Of a stretch of DNA of 64,000 nucleotides, positions 20,339 through 33,109 are shown piece after piece. A model generated the notes under the pieces. It was not told the DNA's origin and did not search any database. It saw only the letters and a program-made list of their open reading frames with translations. The number at the start of each line of letters is the position of its first letter. The first letter of the stretch is position 1. Source of the stretch: Candidatus Parcubacteria bacterium (lineage in GTDB: Bacteria; Patescibacteriota; Minisyncoccia; UBA6257; HR35); NCBI GenBank assembly GCA_026004495.1, contig BPJG01000001.1:144582-208581 (forward strand), given 5' to 3'. The position numbers and the translations under genes were made by a program.

Positions 20339-21529
20339 ATGCAATTAACTTATGATATTAGAGGTAAATACCCTTCTGAAGTAAATGAAAATTTAGCTAT
20401 TTTTTTGGCCAGAAAATTTATTCTTTTTTTAAATAAAAAGAAAATTAATCAAATAATAATATCTCAAGATATTAGAAAATCTTCAATCTATTTAATAAAT
20501 TCTTTTGCTGGCGAAATTTTAAAATCGAAAATTAAAATTGAATATTTAGGAATTTTACCTACACCCTTATTTTATTACTTTTGCCTTAAATTTAAAAAAG
20601 CAGGATTGATGGTTACCGCTTCCCATTTGTCATTGGCTTATAATGGCTTTAAGTTTTTTATTCCTCCTAACAAAATTTGGATACCCAAAAATATTCCACT
20701 ATTAAAAAATAAAAAAAATAATAATCCTAAAAATATATTTAAAGAAAATTTTATAAAAAATGCTTACTTAGATTATCTAAAAGAAATAAAGCAAATAATT
20801 AAATTAAAATATAATCACAATTATTATTATTCAAATAAATTAAAAAGCCCTAATATTTTATTATTTAAGTTACTGCCTAAGGTTTTTAAAAATTTAAAAA
20901 TTAAAAAAGACAGTTTTATTTCAATTTATTCCGATTACGATGGTGATAGAATTTTTATAAAATACAAACAAAAATTACTTTCTCCCGAAGAAATTCTTTT
21001 TATTGTCTTAAAAATAAATAATTATCAACGGGTTGGAATTCCAATTACTATTCACAAAAAAATTAAATTACTATTTCCGAAAACAAAATTTTTTTTAATA
21101 AAAACAGGTCATAAAAATTTTAAAAATGCTCATAAAAAATATAATTTAGATTTTGCCCTAGAGCCCTCATGTCACTATTATTTTTTTAAAGAACTTAAAA
21201 CTGAAGCTCCTATTTTGGCTGTTTTAAATGTTTTTAAATTTGAAGAAAAATATAACTTAAATGAAATAAAAAAAATAAATTTCCCTTATTTAAGATTAAA
21301 TACCCGGAATATAAAAATTATAAAAAAATTAGAAAATTATGCTAAAATAAATAATTTTAAAATTAAAAAATTCGATGAATTTTATTTCTATAAAAAAATT
21401 AATAATTATGATTATTTAGCCTATAATATTCGTCAATCTAAAACAGAAAAAAATCTTTATAAAATTTTTATTGAATCAAATAAGTTAGTTTTAATTAATA
21501 ATTTAGTTAATTTAATTAAAAATGACTGA
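20339..21529 (+). CDS. Divergent phosphohexomutase (PMM/PGM family)
   Basis: YDIRGKYP, TASH, DYDGDR, EPSCHYYF. Confidence 0.75.
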   Translation: MQLTYDIRGKYPSEVNENLAIFLARKFILFLNKKKINQIIISQDIRKSSIYLINSFAGEILKSKIKIEYLGILPTPLFYYFCLKFKKAGLMVTASHLSLAYNGFKFFIPPNKIWIPKNIPLLKNKKNNNPKNIFKENFIKNAYLDYLKEIKQIIKLKYNHNYYYSNKLKSPNILLFKLLPKVFKNLKIKKDSFISIYSDYDGDRIFIKYKQKLLSPEEILFIVLKINNYQRVGIPITIHKKIKLLFPKTKFFLIKTGHKNFKNAHKKYNLDFALEPSCHYYFFKELKTEAPILAVLNVFKFEEKYNLNEIKKINFPYLRLNTRNIKIIKKLENYAKINNFKIKKFDEFYFYKKINNYDYLAYNIRQSKTEKNLYKIFIESNKLVLINNLVNLIKND

Positions 21530-22526
21530 AGAATTAAGATTGAATAAAATAATTAAGAATTATCATCTAATTGTTTTATTTTTAATTATTATTTTTATTA
21601 TCGCTAATTCAGTATTTGAACTATTTTATCCTCTATATATACCCGAACCAGGAAAAGAAATTTATATTTCTCCAGGTACATCAATAAGAGAAATTAGCGA
21701 TAAATTAGAAAAAGAAAACGTTATTAGATCAGCATTTTTTTTAAGATTAACCTTATTGCTTTCAGGCAAGGCAAATAAAATAAAGGCTGGTTTTTATAAA
21801 TTTAGTGGCCAATTAAATACAAATGATGTTTCTAAAATACTAATTAAGGGAGGAAGAGGAATAATTATTACTTTTAACGAAGGCTTAACCTTAAAAGAGA
21901 TGAATGATATATTAAAAAAAAATAATTTAAAAGCTGATTTAAGTAAGTATAAATTAAAAGATTTCAGTAATTTAGAATTATTAAAGTATTTTCCTGAAAA
22001 TATTAACCTTGAAGGCTTTTTAATGCCTGATACTTATGAGTTTTTTTATGAAGAATCGGAAAAAATAATTATTGAAAAATTATTAAAAAATTTTATTCAA
22101 AAAGCATTACCAGAATTTTTAAAATACCCTGAAGTTAATTTTTACGAAAAATTAATTTTAGCTTCAATCTTAGAAAAGGAAGCTAAATCTTATGAAGATA
22201 TGAAAATAATTGCTGGCATTTTAGAGAAAAGATTAAAAATCAATAAAAAATTAGAAGTTGATGCAACCGTAGCTTATATAAAATGTAATAATTATCCTTG
22301 TGATTGGAAGGTAAATTCTAAAGAAATTAGAAATTATAAATCTCCATATAATACATATCTAAATAAGGGTTATCCTCCATCTCCTATTTCTAATCCAGGA
22401 TTAAATGCAATTAAAGCAGCTCTTAATCCTTTAACATCAGATTATCTATATTATCTTACTAATAAAGAAGGTGAAACTATTTTTTCAAAATCTTTCAAGG
22501 AACATCAATTAAATATTAACAAATAT

Positions 22527-22535
<9 letters not shown>
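21522..22535 (+). CDS. mltG: Endolytic transglycosylase MltG
   Basis: LEGFLMPDTY, ASILEKEA, SPYNTY..GYPPSPISNPG. Confidence 0.93.
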
Positions 22536-25037
<2,502 letters not shown>

Positions 25038-25053
25038 TGGAAATAATTTTCAA

Positions 25054-26565
25054 TTAATTAAACCTTTCAAAGAATTTAATTAATTCTTCCTTTAATTTAT
25101 TTTCTAATTTCTCATCTAAATCTTGTTTTTCTTTTATTTCTTCTAAAATTTGAGATGTATTGAGCTCAAAATAATCAAATAGTTCTTCTTTAATTTTTTT
25201 AATTTGATAAATTTCAAAATTATCAAAAAATCCATTATTAGCAGCATAAATTAAAATAGCTAATTTTTCAAAAGTTATTGGTTTAAGATTTTCTTGTTTT
25301 AAGATTTCTATTAAAATTCTTCCTCTAATTAATTTTTCTTTTAATTCTTTAGGCAAATCAGTACTAATTTGAGCAAATTCTTCTAATTCTCTATATTGCG
25401 CCAAATCTAATTTTAGCTTACCAGCAATTTTTTTAATTATTTTGGTCTGTGCCTTTGATCCAACCCTTGAAACCGAAAGACCAATATTTATTGCCGGTTT
25501 AAAATTGCTCCTAAATAAATCAGCTTCTAAATATATCTGTCCATCAGTGATGGAAATTAAATTAGTAGGAATATAACTTGAGATATCACCTAACTGAGTT
25601 TCACAAATAGGTAAGGCAGTTAAGCTACCTTTATTTTTTAAATTAGCAGCTCTTTCCAATAATTTAGAGTGGATATAAAAAATATCTCCGGGATAAGCCT
25701 CTCTTCCAACGGGTCTTTTTAATAATAAAGAAATTTCTCTCCAAGACCAGGCATGTTTAGTTAGATCATCATAAATAACAACAGCATCCCTACCTTGATC
25801 CATGAAATATTCTCCAATTGCACAACCAACATAGGGAGCTAAATATAATAAAATTGGATAATCATCAGGAGTTGTTGCTATTATTATTGAATAATCTAGG
25901 GCTTCTTTTTCTCTCAAAATTTCATAAATTCTTTTAATTTTAGACATTTTTTGACCAATAGCAACATAAATACAAACGGGCGTAGGATAAACATCATTCT
26001 TTTGATTAAGAATAACATCTAAAGCAATACTCGTCTTGCCAGTCTGCCTATCTCCTAAAATTAATTGTCTTTGTCCTCTACCAATAGGAATTAAGGCATC
26101 AATAATTTTTATTCCTGTATGGAGAGGAGTATTAACAGGTTGTCTCTCGATAACACCAGGAGCCTTTTTCTCAACCCTATAAAAAGTTTCTGAGGTTATT
26201 TCCGGTAAATTATCTAACGGCTTAATTAAAGGATTAAACACTCTACCTAACATTTCATTACTAACAGGAATACTCAAAATTCTTTTTGTTCTATAAACGA
26301 TATCCTTAGAATTAATTTTATCAAAATCATTCAAACAAACAGCTCCTAAAATTCCTTCTTCTAAATTCATTGCTAGTAATAAAATTTCTTTATCTTCTTT
26401 TTCTATCTTCAAAATTTCCATCATCTGGCAATCATTTAATCCTTCTATCCAAACTATACCATCGTTAATTGATATAACTCTACCGATTTCCTTAAACTCT
26501 AATTCTACTTCAATATTTTCTATAGTATTTTTTAATTTTTCTATTAAAAATTTAATATCCTCCAT
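25054..26565 (-). CDS. atpA: ATP synthase alpha
   Basis: GDRQTGKT, GREAYPGD, LKLDLAQYRELE. Confidence 0.98.
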   Translation of the reverse strand: MEDIKFLIEKLKNTIENIEVELEFKEIGRVISINDGIVWIEGLNDCQMMEILKIEKEDKEILLLAMNLEEGILGAVCLNDFDKINSKDIVYRTKRILSIPVSNEMLGRVFNPLIKPLDNLPEITSETFYRVEKKAPGVIERQPVNTPLHTGIKIIDALIPIGRGQRQLILGDRQTGKTSIALDVILNQKNDVYPTPVCIYVAIGQKMSKIKRIYEILREKEALDYSIIIATTPDDYPILLYLAPYVGCAIGEYFMDQGRDAVVIYDDLTKHAWSWREISLLLKRPVGREAYPGDIFYIHSKLLERAANLKNKGSLTALPICETQLGDISSYIPTNLISITDGQIYLEADLFRSNFKPAINIGLSVSRVGSKAQTKIIKKIAGKLKLDLAQYRELEEFAQISTDLPKELKEKLIRGRILIEILKQENLKPITFEKLAILIYAANNGFFDNFEIYQIKKIKEELFDYFELNTSQILEEIKEKQDLDEKLENKLKEELIKFFERFN

Positions 26566-26577
26566 GTATTGTTGAAA

Positions 26578-26934
26578 TTATTTTTTAATAATATTTTCCA
26601 AATTAAAGTTGATTTCTCTATCATTCAATCTTAGAATAAAACCTAAAATAATATTTTTATTAATTCTAACTTTTTCTATTATTAAATTTCTAACAATTTG
26701 ATTAAGTTTATTTCTTATTAAATTTTCATTTTCTAAAAAGACTAATTCTAATTCACCTAATTGAAAACCATTTTCTAAATACAAATCTCTTTTTAGTGAA
26801 AGAAAATTTTTCTTTAATTTTGCTAATTTGCCTTCTTTTCTTAATCTCAAAATGAATTCATTAAGTAAATTAAAATCTTTTTTCTTAAGATAGTTTAAAA
26901 TAATTTTTTTAATAACTATTTCCTCTCTATCCAT
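26578..26934 (-). CDS. atpH: ATP synthase delta (short)
   Basis: Position between atpF and atpA; INKNIILGFIL..REINF. Confidence 0.7.
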   Translation of the reverse strand: MDREEIVIKKIILNYLKKKDFNLLNEFILRLRKEGKLAKLKKNFLSLKRDLYLENGFQLGELELVFLENENLIRNKLNQIVRNLIIEKVRINKNIILGFILRLNDREINFNLENIIKK

Positions 26935-27406
26935 TTAATTTTTTAATAAATTCTTGATCAAAATCTGATTTATTAAAAATTTTTCGCGCTAAATCAATAA
27001 ACAATTCTCGACTATATTTTTGCATTTCAGATATTAATTTCTCTTTCATAAGATTTTCTTCAATTTTTAACTGTTTATATATTTCATTTTTCTTTAGGTT
27101 AATCTCCTCTCTAGTTTTCAATAAAAGATTTTCTTTTTCTTCTTGGGCTTGTTTTAATATATTAATTCTTTCATTCTCTGCTTCCTCAATTATTTTTTCC
27201 CTTAATAATCTAACTTCTTGAATAAGCTTTTCAACTTCTTCTCTTTTTTTCAATCCTTCTTCAATTTTTTGTTTGCGTTCTTCAATAATCTTACTAATTG
27301 GCTTAGAAAAAAAATAATAAATAACAAAAAACAATAAAGCGAAGTTGATTATTTGTAAAATTAAAATCTTATAGTCTATTCCTAAAGAAAGCTGCAAGCT
27401 ATTCAT
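26927..27406 (-). CDS. atpF: ATP synthase b
   Basis: QIINFALL..KPISKIIEERKQKIEEGL. Confidence 0.92.
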   Translation of the reverse strand: MNSLQLSLGIDYKILILQIINFALLFFVIYYFFSKPISKIIEERKQKIEEGLKKREEVEKLIQEVRLLREKIIEEAENERINILKQAQEEKENLLLKTREEINLKKNEIYKQLKIEENLMKEKLISEMQKYSRELFIDLARKIFNKSDFDQEFIKKLNG

Positions 27407-27437
27407 AATAATTTTTTTAATTTAGATTTTAAATCAA

Positions 27438-27668
27438 CTACTTTACAAATCTTATAATTAATGCAATAGCTAAGACATAAATAGCTAATGCTTCAGCAAA
27501 AGCAATTGATAAAATGGCCATAGTTTGAATTTTAGAGCTTGCTTCTGGATTTCTGCCTATTGATTTTACTGCTTCACCTCCAATTTTAGCAATTGCCAAA
27601 GCAGGCCCAAGAACACCAATAGTTATAGAAATACCTGTAATAATTAATCTTATTGTTTCGATATCCAT
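27438..27668 (-). CDS. atpE: ATP synthase c
   Basis: IGRNPEA, AFAEALAIY; start taken at MDIET. Confidence 0.93.
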   Translation of the reverse strand: MDIETIRLIITGISITIGVLGPALAIAKIGGEAVKSIGRNPEASSKIQTMAILSIAFAEALAIYVLAIALIIRFVK

Positions 27669-27690
27669 ATATAAATTAAAAAATTTTAAT

Positions 27691-28371
27691 TTAATGTTCA
27701 AAAGCGACCTTAATAAAAACGCTTGTTAAAACAAAAAAAATAAATGCTTGAATTATTCCTACAAAAATTTCTAAGCCAATAAAAATAGAGGGTACTATTA
27801 AGGAAATCAAAAAACTTATAATCATTAACAGAACCTTGCCACTAAAAATATTCCCAAATAATCTAAAACTAAAGGAAATAATTTTAGCAAATTCAGAAAT
27901 TAATTCAAGTATTCCTAAGGGAGATATAAATCTTTTAATAAACCCTACACCTAACTTTAAGAAACCTAAAATATTAGTTATTATCACCGAAATTAAAGAT
28001 AGAGCTAGGGTCATATTGATATCAGAAAAAACTGATCTAAATAAATGAATATGATGGCCATCCTTACTTAAATAAAATGCTTCAAAGGGAGGAAATAAAA
28101 TTATTAAATTAGCAACACTAATATAAATAAGGAAAGTTAAGCAAAATGTAAAAATTTTTAGATTAGTTAAATGTGTTATTCCATGCCAAAAATTATAAAC
28201 AGATTCATAGAATACTTCTAATATAATTTGAATTTTAGTAGGATTTAACTTATACCTTAAACTAAATAGAAAAACAAATATAATTAATATAACTAAATAA
28301 GAGGTTAAAAGAGTATTAGTTATATTTAGATCATATATGGAAATTAATTTTTCTGCTTTTAAATCTATCAT
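27691..28371 (-). CDS. atpB: ATP synthase a
   Basis: SFSFRLFGNI, IQAFIFFVLT. Confidence 0.95.
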   Translation of the reverse strand: MIDLKAEKLISIYDLNITNTLLTSYLVILIIFVFLFSLRYKLNPTKIQIILEVFYESVYNFWHGITHLTNLKIFTFCLTFLIYISVANLIILFPPFEAFYLSKDGHHIHLFRSVFSDINMTLALSLISVIITNILGFLKLGVGFIKRFISPLGILELISEFAKIISFSFRLFGNIFSGKVLLMIISFLISLIVPSIFIGLEIFVGIIQAFIFFVLTSVFIKVAFEH

Positions 28372-28372
28372 C

Positions 28373-29596
28373 TTAAAATTCAGAATAAATTAATCCTAAA
28401 TTGCGATTAATACCCTGAAACAAAATAACTATTTTGTCAGCTAAGTTATCGAAATAATTATCAAGATAATTAAAATTAGTAAAATATTTATTTACTAAAA
28501 TTTCATTATGAAAAATATTTATTTTAAAAAAAATGCTTCTATAGCGATTATCTAAAATAAGATTAATATTCCCACCAAAAACCTCGGGTTCTGAAACTTT
28601 AATTTCTCTTATATCGAAATAATTATTCAATCTTAAGTTAAATAATAAATTATTAGGAAAATAATTCAAAAATTTAATTTGCAAATTATTATTATAATAA
28701 TATATAAGCAAAAGATCATTAATGTCTCCCTCGATATATTTACAACTTATTCTATCGTCTATTTTAATATTTCTTTCAAGTTCATAACCTAAACTCAAAT
28801 TATAAGAATTAAACGTTATTAAATAGAAATTATTATCAGAATTTAAGCCACATAAATAATAAATTCCACCAATATTGCTGACTTCAGAAAATCTAAAATT
28901 ACTATCTAAACTAGTTGAATAAATTAGATTTAATAGAGAGTCCAAAAGATACAATTTGTAAAAATAATTACTTTCATCTTTAGTTATCAATAAGATATCA
29001 AAATTATTATTTATTAATTTAATAAATTTTTCTTTAGGATGGATGTTAAATGTAGTTTCGCTAGAAAGATTATTATTAAGATCAAATTTAAATATTTTTA
29101 ATAAATCTAAGTTTTTAAAAATTAAAATTATGCTTCCTTGGCTATCTAAATATTCCCAATTTATAAATTGGTATTCTACTAATCGACTTAAATTAATTTC
29201 CTGATTAATATCTAAGCTATTATTCAAAAATATAATTTTAAAGTCATTTAAATTTTTATTTAAAACAACAATAAGCAAAGCATCGCCAATTTCTATAAAT
29301 TTAACATCTATAATTTCACCGTCGAAATTTTTAGAAAAGTTATTCACTAAAATATTATTTTCATAAATTCTTAATCTAAGATAATTATTGTATTTACTAA
29401 GAATATAAACTAAATTTTCCCAATAATAAACTTTCAATAGTCTTTCATTTTTATTAATTGGTACTGTAATATATTCTGCGTAGCCTAAATTTGATAAAAA
29501 TATTAAGAAAATAAAGTTTAAATAAAATATCAAAATATATTTTCTCATGTTTAAAAATTTTATCCTTAAAAAATTATTAAAACCCTTATAGAGCAA
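28373..29596 (-). CDS. Secreted hypothetical protein (likely start 29548)
   Basis: Long ORF with signal-peptide-like MRKYILIF..GYAE. Confidence 0.6.
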   Translation of the reverse strand: MLYKGFNNFLRIKFLNMRKYILIFYLNFIFLIFLSNLGYAEYITVPINKNERLLKVYYWENLVYILSKYNNYLRLRIYENNILVNNFSKNFDGEIIDVKFIEIGDALLIVVLNKNLNDFKIIFLNNSLDINQEINLSRLVEYQFINWEYLDSQGSIILIFKNLDLLKIFKFDLNNNLSSETTFNIHPKEKFIKLINNNFDILLITKDESNYFYKLYLLDSLLNLIYSTSLDSNFRFSEVSNIGGIYYLCGLNSDNNFYLITFNSYNLSLGYELERNIKIDDRISCKYIEGDINDLLLIYYYNNNLQIKFLNYFPNNLLFNLRLNNYFDIREIKVSEPEVFGGNINLILDNRYRSIFFKINIFHNEILVNKYFTNFNYLDNYFDNLADKIVILFQGINRNLGLIYSEF

Positions 29597-30161
29597 CTAC
29601 TCTGTTCTTACCACTTTTTTTAGCTTTATACATTGCTTTATCTGCTTTATCAATTAATTCCTTAAAATTTCTTTCTTTATTGTATTCTACAACTCCCAAG
29701 CTAGCGGTAATATTAAGATAACCTTTTTTAGTTTTAATTTTTATTCTTTCAATTATTTGTCTTAAATCTTCAGCAATTTTTTGAGCCGAATTCAAATCAC
29801 AACCAATTAAAGTAACAACAAACTCTTCACCACCTAAACGTCCAATAATATCGTAATCTCTTAATCTTCCCTTAATAACCTGAGCAACTTTCTCTAAAAC
29901 CCGATCTCCAATTTTATGACCATAGATATCATTTATTTTCTTAAAATTATCTATATCTAAAAATATCACCGCTAATGGTATCCTATATTTTATTCTTCTT
30001 TCCAATTCCCTTCTTTTATAGGCAACAGCCTGAAATATTTTTTGAGAATTTTCTAAAAAACCTCGTCGATTTAAAACTTTAGTCAATTCATCATAATAGG
30101 CCAAAAAATTTAATTTTTTAATTTCAGCTAAAAGTTTTTTTATATTATATTTTTTTTTCAT
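29586..30161 (-). CDS. Stand-alone diguanylate cyclase
   Basis: DELTKVLNRR, DIDNFKKINDIYGH..GD, RDYD I-site, GGEEF. Confidence 0.93.
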   Translation of the reverse strand: MKKKYNIKKLLAEIKKLNFLAYYDELTKVLNRRGFLENSQKIFQAVAYKRRELERRIKYRIPLAVIFLDIDNFKKINDIYGHKIGDRVLEKVAQVIKGRLRDYDIIGRLGGEEFVVTLIGCDLNSAQKIAEDLRQIIERIKIKTKKGYLNITASLGVVEYNKERNFKELIDKADKAMYKAKKSGKNRVVAL

Positions 30162-30237
30162 CCTTAAAGAAACAGAAATAAATTATAAACTAAACTTTTT
30201 AGAAACTAATATAATTTTTAATATCTTGATTTAAAAA

Positions 30238-31677
30238 TTATTTAAATAAATCTTCAATATTCTTAATATTCTTTTCTAATATTTTTTCTATGTAATTTAA
30301 ATGTTTTTTAAGGTGTTCAATTTGTTCTTCTTCTTCCTTAACTAATTCTCTTTTCTTTTTAATTGATTCTAATATTTTTAATTGTTTTTCTAAATCGAAC
30401 CTTAACTGGTTAAAAGAATGATGCGAAAATTTTTCTATTTCAGAAATTTTATCCTCAATTTTTTTCTTTATTTTTTTATTTCTCAAGTATAAAATTATTA
30501 AAATTAAAATTAATACTAAAATCAAAATAGTTAAAATTGAAATGATTATGAGTAAATATATTAGATTAATTTTTATATTTTCTAATCTTTTTTCTGTAAG
30601 AATATCGCGAGAGCCAATTTCAAAATTTAAACTACTATAACCAATATTTGAAGCAAAATCGATAGCTTTTACGGTTAAATTATGCTTACCAGGTTTAATA
30701 TTAAAATCTTCTAGTGAAATAATTTTTTCTTTGGTTAGAGTTGCTAAGGTATTATCTAAATAAACTTCAAAATAATTAATACCTGATAAATTATCTTCAG
30801 CTAAAATTTCAAATTTAGGTAATTCATGAGCAAATTTTCTTAAAATTTCTTTTATTTCAACTGAAGGTGGGGTAGTATCAATCATAACTTTATAACTACT
30901 AATTTCACTTGAAGACTCGTTGTCTTCAAATTGTAACCTAAAGTAATAAATACCATCAGCAAGATTTTCTATCTTTCTATAATTTATAGGTGGCTCATAA
31001 ATAATAGTAGGTGGTTGATTAATACTTGTTGTTAAAATTAACTTCACCCTTTTAACATTATTAATTAATTCCCATTCTACTTCTAAATCTTTGATATTAT
31101 ACCATTTATCTTGATCTGGATGAGTTCTAGAAATAATTATAGGTTTAGGTAGATTAATCTTTTTAGAAATAGATAATTGAGTTTGATCATTTTCTAGTTT
31201 TCTTTTATATATTTTAATTTTTGCTTCTGTCGCATTTTTAAAAATATCTGTTCCTTCTCCATCAGCCGCTAAAATTTGAACATTATTAAAATTTATTTTA
31301 GTTACATCAGTCTCCTTTAATCCCCTAAATTCAATGTCGATAATTTTACCTTTTTTACCCTTAAATGCTTTATTTAAAACTACCCCCTCAAAAGTTATTT
31401 CACCATTATTATTATCAAAAACCGGTTTTACTGCCCAAAAATTAATTATTGAATCACTATCAGAAATCTTGATCACTCTTAAATATTTGTTATCAAATTT
31501 TATTCTAACACCAACAGCATTAATCTCTTGATCAGAATCAACATAAGCTGATAATTTAAAATTTTTATTAATTTCAAATTCACCCTCTAATGGTGAAAAA
31601 TATATAGTAGCTGAAAAAATTAAATTAGGCACTAAAAGAATAAAAAAAAAGATAAATAACTTAAAATAAATTTTCAT
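30238..31677 (-). CDS. Cohesin-like domain + Ig-like surface protein with TM anchor
   Basis: ATIYFSP..INAV..SIINFW..ILAADGEGT; SRTHPDQDKWY; IDTTPP; C-terminal TM. Confidence 0.7.
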   Translation of the reverse strand: MKIYFKLFIFFFILLVPNLIFSATIYFSPLEGEFEINKNFKLSAYVDSDQEINAVGVRIKFDNKYLRVIKISDSDSIINFWAVKPVFDNNNGEITFEGVVLNKAFKGKKGKIIDIEFRGLKETDVTKINFNNVQILAADGEGTDIFKNATEAKIKIYKRKLENDQTQLSISKKINLPKPIIISRTHPDQDKWYNIKDLEVEWELINNVKRVKLILTTSINQPPTIIYEPPINYRKIENLADGIYYFRLQFEDNESSSEISSYKVMIDTTPPSVEIKEILRKFAHELPKFEILAEDNLSGINYFEVYLDNTLATLTKEKIISLEDFNIKPGKHNLTVKAIDFASNIGYSSLNFEIGSRDILTEKRLENIKINLIYLLIIISILTILILVLILILIILYLRNKKIKKKIEDKISEIEKFSHHSFNQLRFDLEKQLKILESIKKKRELVKEEEEQIEHLKKHLNYIEKILEKNIKNIEDLFK

Positions 31678-33020
31678 TTATTTTTAAAAACTAAAATAAT
31701 ATCAGAAATATTAATTGGCAACCTTCCTGTAATTATACCTTCTTTAATCTTGCTAAAAAATTTAAAACTATTATTATTTTCTAGAAATTTATTAATACTT
31801 AAATTATTATTTTTAGCTTTTTCTAAACTTAAATAATCGCCAATAGCTCCAGCAAAGGGAGTATTGTCCCAACCATCAGAATTAATGGCTATAATTCCAA
31901 GATTATTGTTTTTAGAATTAGAAAGATATTTTAAAAACCATAAAACTAATTCTTGATTTCTTCCTCCTTTACCTTTAATATTTTTTACCTTAACATTTGT
32001 TTCTCCTCCAATCAATAAAACATCATACTTAGACTTTATTATTTTATTAAATAAAAACTTAGCTACATTTTTAACTTCATCCTTAAGTTTAGAGGTTAAT
32101 ATCTTTGATTTTAAACCTAAATATTTTGCTTTTTTATTCATAATTTTTAAAGTTAAACTATTATTAACAATTAACATATTAAAAACATTTCTAAAATACT
32201 TTTTTTTCTTAGCTGTATCTATTAGATCATATCTAGAAAGATTATTAATTTTAAATTTCTTAACCAATCTCCAGGCATCGCTAATTGTAGATTTATCTTT
32301 AACTGTTGGCCCAGAGGCAATAATTGAAATATCATTACCTGGAACATCAGAAATTATCAAACTAATTATTGTCGCTGGATATAGTAATTTTGCTAATCCT
32401 CCACCCTTTAAACTATCTATATGTTTTCTAATTATATTCATTTCATAAATATTAGCACCAGATTTTAATAGTTGTTGATTAATATTTATATACTTAGATA
32501 AATAATTTTTATAATTTTTTTTTGATATTTTTTGATTTAAGGTTTCAAAAGATATAAATGGTAAATTTAACATAGCCGAACCACCACCACAAATTATAAT
32601 AATAAACAAATCTCTGTCTTTAGTTTTTCCATAAAACCTTTTAACTATAAACTTAGAAAAATTTAAATTTTTTATCGACGGTAAAGGATGGGTTCCTTTA
32701 AAAAATTTAACTTTAGATTTATCTTTATTTTTTTTAATATTTACATCTATGACATATCCCTCGTTAATTTTTTTAATTTTTCTAAATAATTCTAGGGACA
32801 GAAAATAACTTCCCTTCCCGATACCTAATAAATAAATATTTTCAAACTTTGATAAATCAAACTTTTTATTTTTTACTATTAGCAAATTATTTTTTAAACT
32901 TACACAATTATTAATAATACTTTTAGGATTTAATGCATCTAAGCCGGTTTCGATAATTGAAAGATATTTTTCCCTTTCAATATTATCTTTTATTAAATCA
33001 TTAAAATTTTTGATAGCCAT
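31674..33020 (-). CDS. Glycerate 2-kinase-like (DUF4147/MOFRL)
   Basis: GIGKG, THPLP, GGGSA, SDVPG..IASGPT, GGET..GKGGRNQE. Confidence 0.88.
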   Translation of the reverse strand: MAIKNFNDLIKDNIEREKYLSIIETGLDALNPKSIINNCVSLKNNLLIVKNKKFDLSKFENIYLLGIGKGSYFLSLELFRKIKKINEGYVIDVNIKKNKDKSKVKFFKGTHPLPSIKNLNFSKFIVKRFYGKTKDRDLFIIIICGGGSAMLNLPFISFETLNQKISKKNYKNYLSKYININQQLLKSGANIYEMNIIRKHIDSLKGGGLAKLLYPATIISLIISDVPGNDISIIASGPTVKDKSTISDAWRLVKKFKINNLSRYDLIDTAKKKKYFRNVFNMLIVNNSLTLKIMNKKAKYLGLKSKILTSKLKDEVKNVAKFLFNKIIKSKYDVLLIGGETNVKVKNIKGKGGRNQELVLWFLKYLSNSKNNNLGIIAINSDGWDNTPFAGAIGDYLSLEKAKNNNLSINKFLENNNSFKFFSKIKEGIITGRLPINISDIILVFKNK

Positions 33021-33109
33021 CTAAAAAATTTTAACAATAAAATTGATATAATTATAATTAGTGTAATTATATTCATATTCAAATTATTAATCGTAAATAA
33101 ATAAACAAT

